A DNA stretch of 64,000 bases from Nannocystales bacterium (GCA_050633305.1 JBOEGF010000043.1:128001-192000), one strand, 5' to 3'. Positions 19,862 through 30,161 are shown, counted from the first letter of the stretch. The notes: generated from the letters alone by a model not told the origin. Program-made: numbers and translations.

Positions 19862-20458
19862 GTGTCTGATCCGTCGGATGAACCAGAGGCTGGCCCGCAC
19901 CCCGCTGTAGCGATCCTCGCGCTGGGGTGGTTCGTCGGAGTGGTCGTTTGGTCATTCTGGGATGGTGGCCTGTGGGACATGGTCAGCCATGCTCAGGCAT
20001 CGCTTCTGTCGGGGCGGTACTACATCGTGGTCTCGCTGCTCGTCTGCGCCCTCGTTGCGGTCGCGCCGGGATTCGTCCTCGTAGGCCTCTCACCGAACGC
20101 ACCGCAGAAACCTCAGCCGAACCCCCCGGGGGTCATTCTCGCGACCGGGCCGCAGAGGCATCATCCGCTCAACTGGCCGGAGCCGCGGATTCTCGTCTTC
20201 GAGGAGGGCTCCGTTCAGCTGAGACGGGGTCAGCACGAGCTGCGAGTGCCGGTCGCGGCGTTCCGAGCGACTGGAAGCCCCGTGATCAGCGACACCGGCC
20301 GGGTCGTATGGAGGAGCGACGAAGAAACGTGCGCGCAGGTTCGCGGGCTTGATCCGGACTCGCACTTCTTCAAGCACCTCGAGGACCACAGACTTCGTGT
20401 CGAACTCGGTGCTGGTGCGTCGCAGACCTGGCAAGCGATCCAAAGCTGCGATGCCTGA
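19862..20458 (+). CDS. Hypothetical membrane protein
   Basis: Two N-terminal hydrophobic helices; TATTGT 7 nt before GTG 19862. Confidence 0.65.
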   Translation: MSDPSDEPEAGPHPAVAILALGWFVGVVVWSFWDGGLWDMVSHAQASLLSGRYYIVVSLLVCALVAVAPGFVLVGLSPNAPQKPQPNPPGVILATGPQRHHPLNWPEPRILVFEEGSVQLRRGQHELRVPVAAFRATGSPVISDTGRVVWRSDEETCAQVRGLDPDSHFFKHLEDHRLRVELGAGASQTWQAIQSCDA

Positions 20459-20957
20459 GCTGTCGATTCACGATGTCGGTCCCTCGGGGCGGTGCTGTTC
20501 CTGTGACTCCCCGACCGACAGAACGGGGCAACAGTCGGTGTCGGTTGTCGGGGTGCCCGGGATCGTGGACAAGTACCTCACGCTTGAGTTTTCCGAGTGC
20601 CCGAGCTGTGACGCCAGGCGCCGCCGTGCGACGACGACAGGCTTCAAGTACGCGGGACTCGGTTTTGCCGCTGGGATCGGGTTGGCAGTTGCGAGCGTCG
20701 TCGCCATCGATGCTCTCGCACCTGGCTGGCCTACCTCGAAGACAGCAACTCGCGGCTGCACGATGAGCCTTGCGCTGCTCCCATTCTTGCTTGCAGTCGT
20801 CGCCCCTCTCGCCCGCCGCCGTCGATCCCGCGAGCGACACCCGCGGGTCAGAATCGTGCGTTACACCGAGGAAACGGGGGTTGTCGAGTTCGAGAGCCCG
20901 CACCCCGAGAACCTGCGTGCGAGCAGCTCGCCACAACCGGCCCCAGACGCACCCTGA
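20451..20957 (+). CDS. Hypothetical membrane protein with two CxxC pairs
   Basis: CCSC and CPSC then two TM helices; 8-nt overlap with the upstream gene. Confidence 0.6.
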   Translation: MPELSIHDVGPSGRCCSCDSPTDRTGQQSVSVVGVPGIVDKYLTLEFSECPSCDARRRRATTTGFKYAGLGFAAGIGLAVASVVAIDALAPGWPTSKTATRGCTMSLALLPFLLAVVAPLARRRRSRERHPRVRIVRYTEETGVVEFESPHPENLRASSSPQPAPDAP

Positions 20958-21010
20958 GATGCGTGCTCTGGCGGTTCGCCTCTCTTGCTGTCTTTGAGGT
21001 GGCGAAGGAC

Positions 21011-21730
21011 TCAGTGTTCTTGGACGAGGTCCAGCTCCGCCTCGACAATCTGCTCCCACTGCTCGAGGTTCGGGCTCCCCTGGTAGTGATGACCGTTCAC
21101 GAGAAATGCTGGCGTGCCAGTGATGCCAAGCGCACTTGCAGTTCGCATGTCATCCTCCACCGCCACGATCGCTGCCTCGCTGTTTCGGTCGCTGTTGAAG
21201 CGAGCGACGTCGAGGTCGTGACGCGCCGCGAGCTTGTTGAGATCACCGGCGTCGAGGAAGAGGGACGCGTGTACTTCCCAGAAGGCCCCCTGCTGCGCTG
21301 CTGCCCACGCTGCAGTTGCGCCGTTCGTCCCGGAAAGAGGCTTGTGCTTGTGTATCAGCCGGACTTGCCCCTCGTAACGCTGTAGCGCTTGGAGCAATGG
21401 CTGTGCCCCTGTCTTGCAATAACGACAGCCGTAGTCCGTGAACTCGACGATCGTCACCAGCGCTTCATCGGGGCCCAGTTGCGGTTCATCCCCTCGTAGC
21501 GGGACGCTTACGCGAGGTCCGGCTTGGATGGCCGCGAACGGATTGTCTTGTGAAATCGTTTGCGCCGCGTAGAAACTGCCGAACAATGCGAGAAGAAAGA
21601 CGGTGAAACTGAGCAGTGCTCCGGGTCGCGCAAATGTCCTGTTCGCGATGTCGGGACTCGTGCCGTCGTGGGTGTCATCGACGGGGGCCGTGCGGCGCGT
21701 GGTATTGTTTTTGTTGGTAGGTTTCCTCAT
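21011..21730 (-). CDS. DsbA/thioredoxin-fold oxidoreductase
   Basis: VTIVEFTDYGCRYC and GITGTPAFLVNG; N-terminal TM helix. Confidence 0.88.
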   Translation of the reverse strand: MRKPTNKNNTTRRTAPVDDTHDGTSPDIANRTFARPGALLSFTVFLLALFGSFYAAQTISQDNPFAAIQAGPRVSVPLRGDEPQLGPDEALVTIVEFTDYGCRYCKTGAQPLLQALQRYEGQVRLIHKHKPLSGTNGATAAWAAAQQGAFWEVHASLFLDAGDLNKLAARHDLDVARFNSDRNSEAAIVAVEDDMRTASALGITGTPAFLVNGHHYQGSPNLEQWEQIVEAELDLVQEH

Positions 21731-21822
21731 CGGTTCGCCCTTGTTGTCAATGGTCACTCGTCTGCAAGTGCGAGGCATGGGCCACCAGCCTGTCCATGTG
21801 ACCCCGCCTCTCCCTCACTGCG

Positions 21823-22533
21823 CTACAGCCCGACGAGTTGGAAGAGCTCGTCGACGGCAGCAGGACCTTCGCAGCCCTGCTGGAGCCCCATCTCACACGC
21901 TTGCATGAACAGTATCCCGGCCGCTTCATCGTCCTGCGACACTCCCATCCCAGTGTGGTATGCGGCTCCCAGGAAGAAACAGCCCTCGGAGTTCCCGAGT
22001 TCGCACCCCCGTTGGGCGGCTTGTGCCGCTTCGGAGAGCTGATCTACGCCGGTGTTGGCGTGCAACACCGCGAGGCCTACACAGGCTTCGGATACGTCCT
22101 GGTCGCACCACTCAGTGAACAAGTCGATCGATTCCGGCGACCCGTCCAGGGGGAAGTCGGCGCTGCCCACAGCATTTAGATAGCCTTCGAGCCCACCGCC
22201 CGGGCCGCCACCGTTACCGTCCCCAGGCTCGGTGATCTCCATGGAGGAGTCGCAGTAGCAGTTGTCTCTAAGAATCGCGCCCGTCATCATGCACGTACCA
22301 TCCTGGCCAGTTGGCGTGCGGCACTTCTTGCCGCCTTGGCACTGGTTGTCGACACAGCACCCTCCGTCCGCGAAGTCCGGCGTGCAGCTGAACAATCCCT
22401 CAAGATCTCCGCCCGGTTGGCACCCGGCGCTCAGCAACAGCCCAAAGATGCTACCGCCCGCCATGTAGGCCGCAAGGCGCCCCAGACGGCGTGCAAGTGA
22501 TGTGGGAGCCGTTGTGTATTTTGACGCACTCAT
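21823..22533 (-). CDS. Cys-rich lipoprotein with Sel1-like repeats
   Basis: LSAG-C; GCELGNSEGCFFLGAAYHTGMGVSQD...ACEMG. Confidence 0.78.
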   Translation of the reverse strand: MSASKYTTAPTSLARRLGRLAAYMAGGSIFGLLLSAGCQPGGDLEGLFSCTPDFADGGCCVDNQCQGGKKCRTPTGQDGTCMMTGAILRDNCYCDSSMEITEPGDGNGGGPGGGLEGYLNAVGSADFPLDGSPESIDLFTEWCDQDVSEACVGLAVLHANTGVDQLSEAAQAAQRGCELGNSEGCFFLGAAYHTGMGVSQDDEAAGILFMQACEMGLQQGCEGPAAVDELFQLVGL

Positions 22534-22700
22534 TGCCCCCGGTAGAGCCGGGACGCGCGTTTTGGATCACGGAAAAATGGAATGAGTGACCGCCGAGGTC
22601 CGGGGGGCCAGTGGATGGCGAGGAGGCCTCCACGTGGCAAGTGTCTGCAGGTACGAGCCACAACCCCCGGGGCATCCCGGTGCCGACCGCGCCTCGCGGG

Positions 22701-23366
22701 TCACCACAGCCCGAGGGCTCGCGCATCCCGAGGGTCGATGCCGTGTCGCTCCAGAATGCCTCGCATGTCCGCGGAGAGGTCGTCGAGACCATCCTTCATG
22801 CGGTCACACTCCCGTCGAGCTGCACCCGCATTCGCGTCTCGGACGTTGCGTCGGACGTCGGCGTCCGAGCACTGGAGTCGGACGAGGTCGCGCTGGCGCT
22901 TCCACGCCTCGACAGTGGCCTGGTACTCCGGGTCTGCTTTGACTTGGGGGACTCGGTCTTGGACCTCTGATTGCCGGCTCTCCGCTTCGGCGTCGTAGGC
23001 GGACTTGCGAGCCTCCAGCTGCGATAGACAGGTGTCGAGCTCCGCGATCGCGGCTTGGCCGGCGGGGTCTGAGCAGGAGACGGCCAGAGACGCACGCTGC
23101 TGAGGAAGCACTTGTGTCAGACCCTCGAGTGCGGCGTCACTTGCCGATTCGCACTGCTGTCGCAGATTCGCGATCGTCTGCACGCACGCGGGGCTCATCT
23201 GGGCCGAGGCATCCGCGGTCGCGGCGTCCAGCCTCTTCGTCACACAAGCCAAGGGGAGTGTGCCGACGAGGATGGCCAGCGCCACTCTCAGAGGGGTCGC
23301 TGTGGGAAGGCGTGGCTCGGGCTTGGCCGCGGCGGTGAGGTGCCGGACCTGTTGTTTCGTGTTCAT
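22701..23366 (-). CDS. Hypothetical lipoprotein (helical, paired Cys)
   Basis: LPLA-C lipobox-like motif; GGGAG upstream of the ATG. Confidence 0.68.
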   Translation of the reverse strand: MNTKQQVRHLTAAAKPEPRLPTATPLRVALAILVGTLPLACVTKRLDAATADASAQMSPACVQTIANLRQQCESASDAALEGLTQVLPQQRASLAVSCSDPAGQAAIAELDTCLSQLEARKSAYDAEAESRQSEVQDRVPQVKADPEYQATVEAWKRQRDLVRLQCSDADVRRNVRDANAGAARRECDRMKDGLDDLSADMRGILERHGIDPRDARALGLW

Positions 23367-23523
23367 GGTTGGGCTCCCGCGTAGCAAGCTCCGTTCCAAC
23401 CCGGTCCAAGCGAGTCAACGCGGTCTTCTCGAACTCGACCGGCGCTGATCGGGTCGCGGTTCGCAGACACGGTTCCCAGATTGGGAAGGCGCGCTTGTCT
23501 GCCGCTGAGAGGCGTTATTGCGT

Positions 23524-23919
23524 CTACGACTTGCAGTAATGGTTGATCTCATCCACGAGCGCCGTGTTGCTCTCAGAGAGCTGCGTCAACCTCGTTTGGG
23601 CGTAGTGTTCACGACCTTCAACGAGCGCCGCGGCGGCGTCCCTGTGTTGTTCGAGAAGTGCGATGTAGCGGCGCCGGTAGGATTGGAGTTGTTCGTCACG
23701 AACATCCATGGTCTCTAGGACAGCGCGCCGGTCGGGGTAGCTCGAGACCACGGCTGCCCCCCCTTGATTGCTCGCGTAGGCGGTGTCGAGCGCGACCTTC
23801 TCGGTCGCTTTCGCGAACGCATCGCATTGCCCCCCGCGCCCTCGAAGAAGGAAGAACGTGGCCCCACCCACGAGCGCGACTGCGACCAGGGAAGCTTGTG
23901 CGATGGACTTGAACCCCAC
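23524..23919 (-). CDS. Hypothetical protein with N-terminal membrane anchor
   Basis: 131 aa; hydrophobic N-terminus; helical body. Confidence 0.62.
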   Translation of the reverse strand: MGFKSIAQASLVAVALVGGATFFLLRGRGGQCDAFAKATEKVALDTAYASNQGGAAVVSSYPDRRAVLETMDVRDEQLQSYRRRYIALLEQHRDAAAALVEGREHYAQTRLTQLSESNTALVDEINHYCKS

Positions 23920-24089
23920 GGCTCTTCGACGCGGTCCACTGGTCCTCGTTGCACGTTCGGCCGAGGAAAAACCGCAAGGTCAGCTCCCAGCCGTCTTCGA
24001 GACGTCTGCATGCCGCTGCCGACACACCGGCGGAACCATCGTCATTGAGGCCGACAGGAGTACGCTCGGAGACCCCGGTCGTAGATGTC

Positions 24090-24875
24090 CTACCGTTGGG
24101 CTTTGCCTGTCATCTCCGATGTACCCCATCCCCAGAACTTCTTGATCCGCGGACTGGCACGGCGCAGTTCTTCGACTCGGCGAAACCCGTCGCCGTAGCC
24201 CGGGAAGATATCGATCAACGCCACGTTTGCGGTCAGCTTGGGAATGACCTCGTACGCATCGCCGATGATGACGTCGACCTTCTTGCGAAGATGCGGACGA
24301 ATCACTGGCATGATCCAGTCGACGAGTTCACGGTCGAGCTCGACGACGGTGACCCGCTTCACCGGTAGCCGCTTCGAGACCTCGATGAGCTGGTGCCCCA
24401 GACCGAGCCCTGCGATCACGGTGTGCCCCTTGGCCAGACGGGTCCCAGGCCTGAGGGTCATGAGCTCGGAAGGGGTGAGCGACATCCACGGCGCTTCGTT
24501 CCAGGGTCGCTCGTCGTGGGGGTCTTCGGGGGTCTGGTACAGCGCTGGGATCGGCACGTCGCCGTCGAAGACAACCGTCCCCACCTGGTCCCCCCACCAG
24601 GTGAGCAGGGGTTTGCCGCGCTGTTGCAAGCGCACGCAGTACCGAAAGCGGCCGCCGGGCGAGTCGACGAACTGACCCGGCTGGAGTTGGTCGACCGGTG
24701 CGTCTGAAGCCGCAAGGCCCGGCCACAGCTCACGGACCTTGTAGGTGCTGGCCTGTAGGCTCAGCTCGGGCGTCCATGGCATGGCGGAACTCCATGGGAC
24801 GCAGTTGCGGAGGCGGTGGGCGTAGCTCGCACTCAGAGCACGCGCCTGCTCCTCGGACATGGGGACACCGGCCAT
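24090..24875 (-). CDS. Class I SAM-dependent methyltransferase / spermidine-synthase-like protein
   Basis: TVIAGLGLG, VTVVELD, IIGDAY, LIDIF; TACCAT 7 nt before the ATG. Confidence 0.75.
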   Translation of the reverse strand: MAGVPMSEEQARALSASYAHRLRNCVPWSSAMPWTPELSLQASTYKVRELWPGLAASDAPVDQLQPGQFVDSPGGRFRYCVRLQQRGKPLLTWWGDQVGTVVFDGDVPIPALYQTPEDPHDERPWNEAPWMSLTPSELMTLRPGTRLAKGHTVIAGLGLGHQLIEVSKRLPVKRVTVVELDRELVDWIMPVIRPHLRKKVDVIIGDAYEVIPKLTANVALIDIFPGYGDGFRRVEELRRASPRIKKFWGWGTSEMTGKAQR

Positions 24876-24947
24876 GACTGCGATGGTACACGCGGCTGCG
24901 GCATTCCTGCCGCTTGCCGCGGCCGGACCGCGTCGTACGCTTTGAGT

Positions 24948-25697
24948 GTGGAGCGCAAGCTCGCGTTCGACGAAGACTATTGCGAGGACGTCACGCTGTC
25001 GTCCGGGATGCGAATTCGGCTCAAGCTGATTCAGCCCGAAGACAAGCGCCGACTCCAAGAGGGATTGGCGAACATGTCGTCCGAGTCCCGCTACCTGCGC
25101 TTCTTCACGGACAAGCCCAAGCTGTCGAAGGGGGAGCTCGCGTATCTCACCGAGCTCGACCAGTACTCGCATTTTGCCATCGGGGCGGTCGAGCTTGATG
25201 CGTCCGGTCAAGAAGGCGAAGGCTTGGGCGTCGCCCGGTTCATCCGGCTTCCCGAGGACGATCGCTTGGCCGAGCCCGCGATCGCCGTGGTCGACCGCGC
25301 GCAAGGGCAGGGACTGGGAGGCCTGATGATGGACAGGTTGTCCGACGCAGCTCGCGAACGGGACGTGCAGGCGTTTCGGAGCGAGTTCCTGGCTTGGAAC
25401 GACGGGGCTCGGGAGATGTTCCGCTCGATGAGTGATGTCGTCAGCTTCTCCGCCGATGGGACCGTCGCGGTCGCGGAGCTCCCACTCACCCGCCAGCTTC
25501 CCGCGCTGCAGGACAACGGCGAGCCTCGAGCGCCGCACCGAGACCGAATGGACGACCTCTTCCGTCTGGCCGCGTCGCGGATGCTCCGCGTCCGTCGTCG
25601 ATTCGCCACGCTCCTGCAAGGCGAAGATGTCTGGGGCACGCTCAAAAAGCTCGCCGAGGACTTCGCGGACGAGTTCTCCGGTCGCTCTCACCCCTGA
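24948..25697 (+). CDS. GNAT family N-acetyltransferase
   Basis: IRLKLIQPED, SRYLRFF, AVVDRAQGQGLG acetyl-CoA motif. Confidence 0.88.
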   Translation: MERKLAFDEDYCEDVTLSSGMRIRLKLIQPEDKRRLQEGLANMSSESRYLRFFTDKPKLSKGELAYLTELDQYSHFAIGAVELDASGQEGEGLGVARFIRLPEDDRLAEPAIAVVDRAQGQGLGGLMMDRLSDAARERDVQAFRSEFLAWNDGAREMFRSMSDVVSFSADGTVAVAELPLTRQLPALQDNGEPRAPHRDRMDDLFRLAASRMLRVRRRFATLLQGEDVWGTLKKLAEDFADEFSGRSHP

Positions 25698-25840
25698 GCG
25701 CCGGACCCCGAGGCGGTCAGCCAGCTCTCACGGGCCCCGGACCCCGCGCGTTGCGGGGGCAAGACTGTCGACGTGGAGTGACGAGGCGTCGTCGGCTCGT
25801 TCTCCCTGACCACATGAAGCCCGAGCTCCCTCTGACAGCC

Positions 25841-25894
25841 GAGTACATCGAAGTCTTCTACAACAATCAGCGCCTGAACTCGTCGCTCGGCTAC
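25841..25894 (+). pseudogene. IS3-family transposase C-terminal vestige
   Basis: EYIEVFYNNQRLNSSLGY matches the IS3 orfB end motif YIExFYNxxRxHSxLGY. Confidence 0.7.
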
Positions 25895-26125
25895 GAAGGC
25901 CGGCGGGTCCGAGGCCTCAAACTCTCAAGCGGCGAGAGCCGCGGCCAGAGAAGCGTCCTCTTCTTCGGGGCAATTCCAGTGCTCGAAAGGGTTTGTCTCG
26001 AGAACCGCTGTCCCGACTCACCCTATCGTCTTGTACGCCGCGTGCTCCGGCCACTGGGTCGATCGGCGAGACAACCTGTCCCTTTGGCGCTCTGAGTTTT
26101 GACGGTTGTACCGGGCAATCGCTCA

Positions 26126-27880
26126 ATGGCGCAGACGATGCGTCAAGCGTTCGCGAGACACCTGATTTTCGTGTTGGCCATGGTGATGTCGGCCTGCCTG
26201 ATGCTCGATCATCTCGAGGAGAAATCACCGACCGAGGACGAGTGGGCGCACCTCGTCCGCGGATTGCAGTACTGGCACGGCGATGACCATCGGCTGCAAT
26301 ACGCACACCCTCCGCTGGCCAATGCATGGGCTGCGGCCCCGCTTGCGTTGGACGAAGCTGTTCCGGACTTCTCGACTCTCGACGGCTGGGAATCGGCCAC
26401 CGTCGGCCGGGTCGCCTACGCATACCTGCAGCTCGACTACGACGCGGCTCGTGCCTCTCTCATGCGGGCACGACGAGCCTGCATTGCGTTCTCGCTCGTC
26501 GGAGTCATCTACGCTTACTTCTGGGGGATGAGTGTACTCGGCCGCCGAGAGGGGCTCCTGCTCGCGGTCATCCTCGCGCTGCATCCGGCTTTGCTCGGCC
26601 AGGCGCGCTACGTCTCGTCCGACGTCGCGTGTGGTGTTGCGTGTTTCGTCGCGGTGGGGGAACTCTGCCGACACCTCCGCGGCAACGCCCCCGGGGCCAC
26701 TTGGGTTGGCGTTCCTCTCGGCCTCTCAATGGCAGTCCTGTCCAAGCACTCGGCGCTGCTGCTGGTGCCTGTGTTCCTCGGCGTAACATCGCTCCATGCG
26801 TTCCTCGGCCGAGGTTCCTACGCCGGGTGCAGCGTCCGGCTGCGCGTCGGCTGCTGGGGTACGCATGCCCTGTTCAGCGCGTTCGTTGTCGTCCTCTCGC
26901 TGAACCTCGCATACGGGTTTCAGGCCTCGGGGCTGACGGTCTTGGAGGTCCTGCAGCGCCCCGAACCTCAATACTGGATCAGCTCTCCGTACGAGGGAAC
27001 CATGCTCGAGCGCTGCTCCCCGCTCACTTTGCTTCCCGCCAACTTCCGGCTCCCACTCCCCTATTCCTGGTTGTTCGGTGTCTCTTCGGTTCGGGTGCAG
27101 AGCGCTCAGGGCTACCCGTGGGCGTCATTCTTTGGAGCGGCGACGCCGCGTGGGACCCCGGCGTTCTTTCCTACGCTGTGCCTGCTGAAGATGCCGCTCG
27201 TTTGCCTCGTCGGCGGTCTCGGAGCTGTACTCGAAGGATGGCGGCAGCGGTCGGTACCGCGCAGCGTTGTCATCATGGCAGGCGCTGCCGCGGTCTTTCT
27301 CGGTGTTGCGATGACGTCCCGCCTCAATATGGGGATTCGACACGTGTTGCCCGTCCTCTACCTTGGGGCTGTTCCCGTGGCGTTTGGTCTCGGTGCGCTG
27401 CTCGAACGGGCACGAACCCGCGGTCGCTGGGCGCTCCCCGTGATTGCGGTGGTCGCCCTCAGCATGCCGGCGGTCGTCCACCGCGACGACTATCTGGGCT
27501 ATTTCAACGTCGGCCGTGAGCTCGGCCACCAGGTGTCCGTCGTCGGGGAAGATGTGGGCCAAGACCGCCTCCGATTCGCCAAGTGGGTGGAGGCGCAGGA
27601 ACTCGGCTTGCTCTACTACGACACGCAAACGCAGACGCGGTCCCTCGAAGCGCGATGGACCGGTCTACGGTTTCACGAGTTGAACTGTGGCACGTTCATC
27701 CGACCTGGCGCGCACGTGGCGCTCCACGCCAGTCGTCGAATCGCGGTGAGCCCGAAGTGTTTTCCACAGCTCGTTGGGCTGGAGCCGGAGGTCACGTTCA
27801 ACGACCACATCGATGTCTACCGCGTCCCACACCAGGGGCGAGGCCGGCCGACCCACGCGGCGGTTCTCAGCCGGCCTTGA
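26126..27880 (+). CDS. GT-C (PMT/ArnT, GT39-like) polytopic glycosyltransferase
   Basis: SPTEDEWAHL.G, HPPL, SKHS, GIRHVLP, YFN motifs; many TM helices. Confidence 0.82.
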   Translation: MAQTMRQAFARHLIFVLAMVMSACLMLDHLEEKSPTEDEWAHLVRGLQYWHGDDHRLQYAHPPLANAWAAAPLALDEAVPDFSTLDGWESATVGRVAYAYLQLDYDAARASLMRARRACIAFSLVGVIYAYFWGMSVLGRREGLLLAVILALHPALLGQARYVSSDVACGVACFVAVGELCRHLRGNAPGATWVGVPLGLSMAVLSKHSALLLVPVFLGVTSLHAFLGRGSYAGCSVRLRVGCWGTHALFSAFVVVLSLNLAYGFQASGLTVLEVLQRPEPQYWISSPYEGTMLERCSPLTLLPANFRLPLPYSWLFGVSSVRVQSAQGYPWASFFGAATPRGTPAFFPTLCLLKMPLVCLVGGLGAVLEGWRQRSVPRSVVIMAGAAAVFLGVAMTSRLNMGIRHVLPVLYLGAVPVAFGLGALLERARTRGRWALPVIAVVALSMPAVVHRDDYLGYFNVGRELGHQVSVVGEDVGQDRLRFAKWVEAQELGLLYYDTQTQTRSLEARWTGLRFHELNCGTFIRPGAHVALHASRRIAVSPKCFPQLVGLEPEVTFNDHIDVYRVPHQGRGRPTHAAVLSRP

Positions 27881-27977
27881 TCGGCTTGGGGGCGTCGGCT
27901 GCGGCGTCGAGGCCCTCGGCCCCTTCGACTGCCGCCGCTACAGCTGTACGTCTTGCCGCCGTTCCTGTGGCGGACTT

Positions 27978-28125
27978 CGAGTGGACCGCCTCGGCTCCTC
28001 CGGGACTTCAAAGGGGAAACACTCGAGGACATGGCCGGGGACTCCAGACGAAGAGGCGGCCGGGCCTGACGACCCTCGTCGAGCGGAAGTTCGAAGCGAC
28101 GCCACCCAACGCTTTGTGGGTCGCC
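27978..28125 (+). pseudogene. IS3-family transposase internal vestige
   Basis: RVDRL..GL.G (frameshifted) then LVERKFEATPPNALWVA, matching LVxRxFxAxxPNxLWVAD. Confidence 0.62.
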
Positions 28126-28318
28126 GTCCACTCGTGGTTGAGCGGCCCAGTCCGTCGATGCGCATCGACGTGGTGCTTCACCCGCTCGAGCGCGCCCGGA
28201 CGCTCCCTCCCGACCGATACGCTCGATGAAGGCAGCGCGACCCATTGTCCGTGCTGCAGCGTCGGCCGATCTGTCCATGACTGCAAGGGGACCCCGGCGC
28301 AGCGGTACACTCTGCGCG

Positions 28319-29368
28319 ATGACGGAAACTCGGGTCGCACTCGACGTGATGGGAGGGGACCACGGAGCCGCGGTCACGATGGAGGCCGCCGCTGCTGTCT
28401 CCAAAGACACTTCCATCGATCTGCTTCTCGTCGGTGACCCCGATGCGATCGCGCGCGGGCTCGACAGCCATGAGCACAACCCCAAGCGCATCGAGGTGCT
28501 CCCCGCGATGGAAGTCATCGGCCAGACCGAGAAGCCTCGTCAGGGGCTCGACACCAAGCCCGACGCATCGTTGTCCCGGGCGGTTCAAGCGGCGGCGAGC
28601 GGGGATGCGTCGGCGTTTGTCTCGGCGGGGTCGACCGGGGCGATTGTGTTGGCGGCGGCGCGCTGGGTCCCGAAGATCGAAGGCGTGAAACGAGCGGCGC
28701 TCGCGGCCGTGTATCCGACCAGGGAACGTCGCGGCAATCCGGACCGGTTCGCGCTCATGCTGGACGTCGGCGCGACCGTCCGGTGTAGCGCGACCGACTT
28801 GCTCTTCTTCGCCTATATGGGCAACGCCTACGCGGGCCGGATCAGCAAGGTGAGCTCGCCTTCGATCGGCTTGCTCAACATGGGCCGGGAAGAGACGAAG
28901 GGCGGGGAGGTGCTGGCCACCGCCCATCGCTTGATCCGCGAAGACGACTCCTTGAACTTCATCGGCAACATCGAGGGCAACGACATACCGATGGGCGTCT
29001 GCGACGTCGTGGTCTGCGAGGGATTGGTGGGGAACGTCGCGCTCAAGATGGGGGAGGGCGTCGGCGAGGTGCTCAAGAGCGTCAGCAAGTGGGCGTTCAA
29101 GCAGAACCTCGTTTGGAAGGCCGGCCTCACCTTGCTCGCCCGGGGTCTGCGGCAGCTCAAGGACATCACCGACTACTCCGAGTACGGTGGTGCGCCGCTG
29201 CTGGGCTTCAGCCGCCCGGTCCTCAAGGCACACGGACGCAGTGAGGCGAGGGCGATCGCCAACGCGATCAAGGTGGCCGCGAAAGCCCATCGCGACGATG
29301 TGTGTGGTGAGATCGAGCGCGCCGTCGCGGACTTCCGCTCCCGCTCTGGAGACGATGGTGCCGCGTGA
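28319..29368 (+). CDS. plsX: Phosphate acyltransferase PlsX
   Basis: ALDVMGGDHG, VSAGSTGA, LDVGA, GLLNMG.EE.KG, FIGNIEG, YGGAPLLG, KAHG. Confidence 0.96.
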   Translation: MTETRVALDVMGGDHGAAVTMEAAAAVSKDTSIDLLLVGDPDAIARGLDSHEHNPKRIEVLPAMEVIGQTEKPRQGLDTKPDASLSRAVQAAASGDASAFVSAGSTGAIVLAAARWVPKIEGVKRAALAAVYPTRERRGNPDRFALMLDVGATVRCSATDLLFFAYMGNAYAGRISKVSSPSIGLLNMGREETKGGEVLATAHRLIREDDSLNFIGNIEGNDIPMGVCDVVVCEGLVGNVALKMGEGVGEVLKSVSKWAFKQNLVWKAGLTLLARGLRQLKDITDYSEYGGAPLLGFSRPVLKAHGRSEARAIANAIKVAAKAHRDDVCGEIERAVADFRSRSGDDGAA

Positions 29369-30161
29369 GCCCGAGCTGCTCTCGGACCTGACCGACCCCC
29401 GGCTGTCCCCGTTCTCCGGGGTCGTCGGACGTGCGAGGGACGGGTTGGCGGTCGTGGAGGGAGCAATCCCGGCGATGCGTGCGTGCAGCTCGGGTCTTCG
29501 GGTCGACACGCTCGTTTGCACGCCCAGTCACGTCGACCGCCTTCGCCCCCAGGTCCCTGAGTCCACCCGGTGGTGGTGTGCCAGCAAGGACGTGCTCTCG
29601 TCGCTGCTGGGGTTCTCGTTCCACCGTGGTGTTCTGGCGTCGGTGCAGGTTCCCGGGCCCGCTCCCATTGATTCGGCCCGGCTACGGACGTGCGAAGCGC
29701 CGCTGGTCGCGGTCGCGGTCGGCTTCAGCGATCCCGCAAACGTGGGCGCGCTTTTGCGGGCTGCGCGGGCGCTTGGTGTGGACCACGTGCTGCTCGACGC
29801 TGGCGCCGCGGACCCGTTTGCACGCAAGGCGATCCGGGCGTCCGCGGGACACGTCTTCGGCGTGCCCCTGACGCTGTGTGACCGCGTGTTCGAGCAAACG
29901 ATGGCGCTGCGGGATGAACTCGACGCGGATCTGCTGGCGTTGACCCCAGGAGGGGGCACGTCTTTGCGCACGGTTCAGGGGCGGCGTGCTCGCATCGTGG
30001 CGTTTGGCTCGGAGGGTCCCGGTCTGCCCGAGCGTTGGCTGCAAGCCTCGACCGCGCGGGTTCGAATCCCGCTGGCGGAGGATGTCGACTCGCTCAACGT
30101 CGCCTCCGCGGCCGCGGTCACGTTTTATGCGTTGGACGGCGCGCGGGCTGTGGACTGCTGA
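29355..30161 (+). CDS. TrmH/SpoU family RNA methyltransferase
   Basis: FHRGVLA, DPANVGALLR, IRASAG, FGSEGPGL, IPL..VDSLNV. Confidence 0.92.
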   Translation: MVPREPELLSDLTDPRLSPFSGVVGRARDGLAVVEGAIPAMRACSSGLRVDTLVCTPSHVDRLRPQVPESTRWWCASKDVLSSLLGFSFHRGVLASVQVPGPAPIDSARLRTCEAPLVAVAVGFSDPANVGALLRAARALGVDHVLLDAGAADPFARKAIRASAGHVFGVPLTLCDRVFEQTMALRDELDADLLALTPGGGTSLRTVQGRRARIVAFGSEGPGLPERWLQASTARVRIPLAEDVDSLNVASAAAVTFYALDGARAVDC

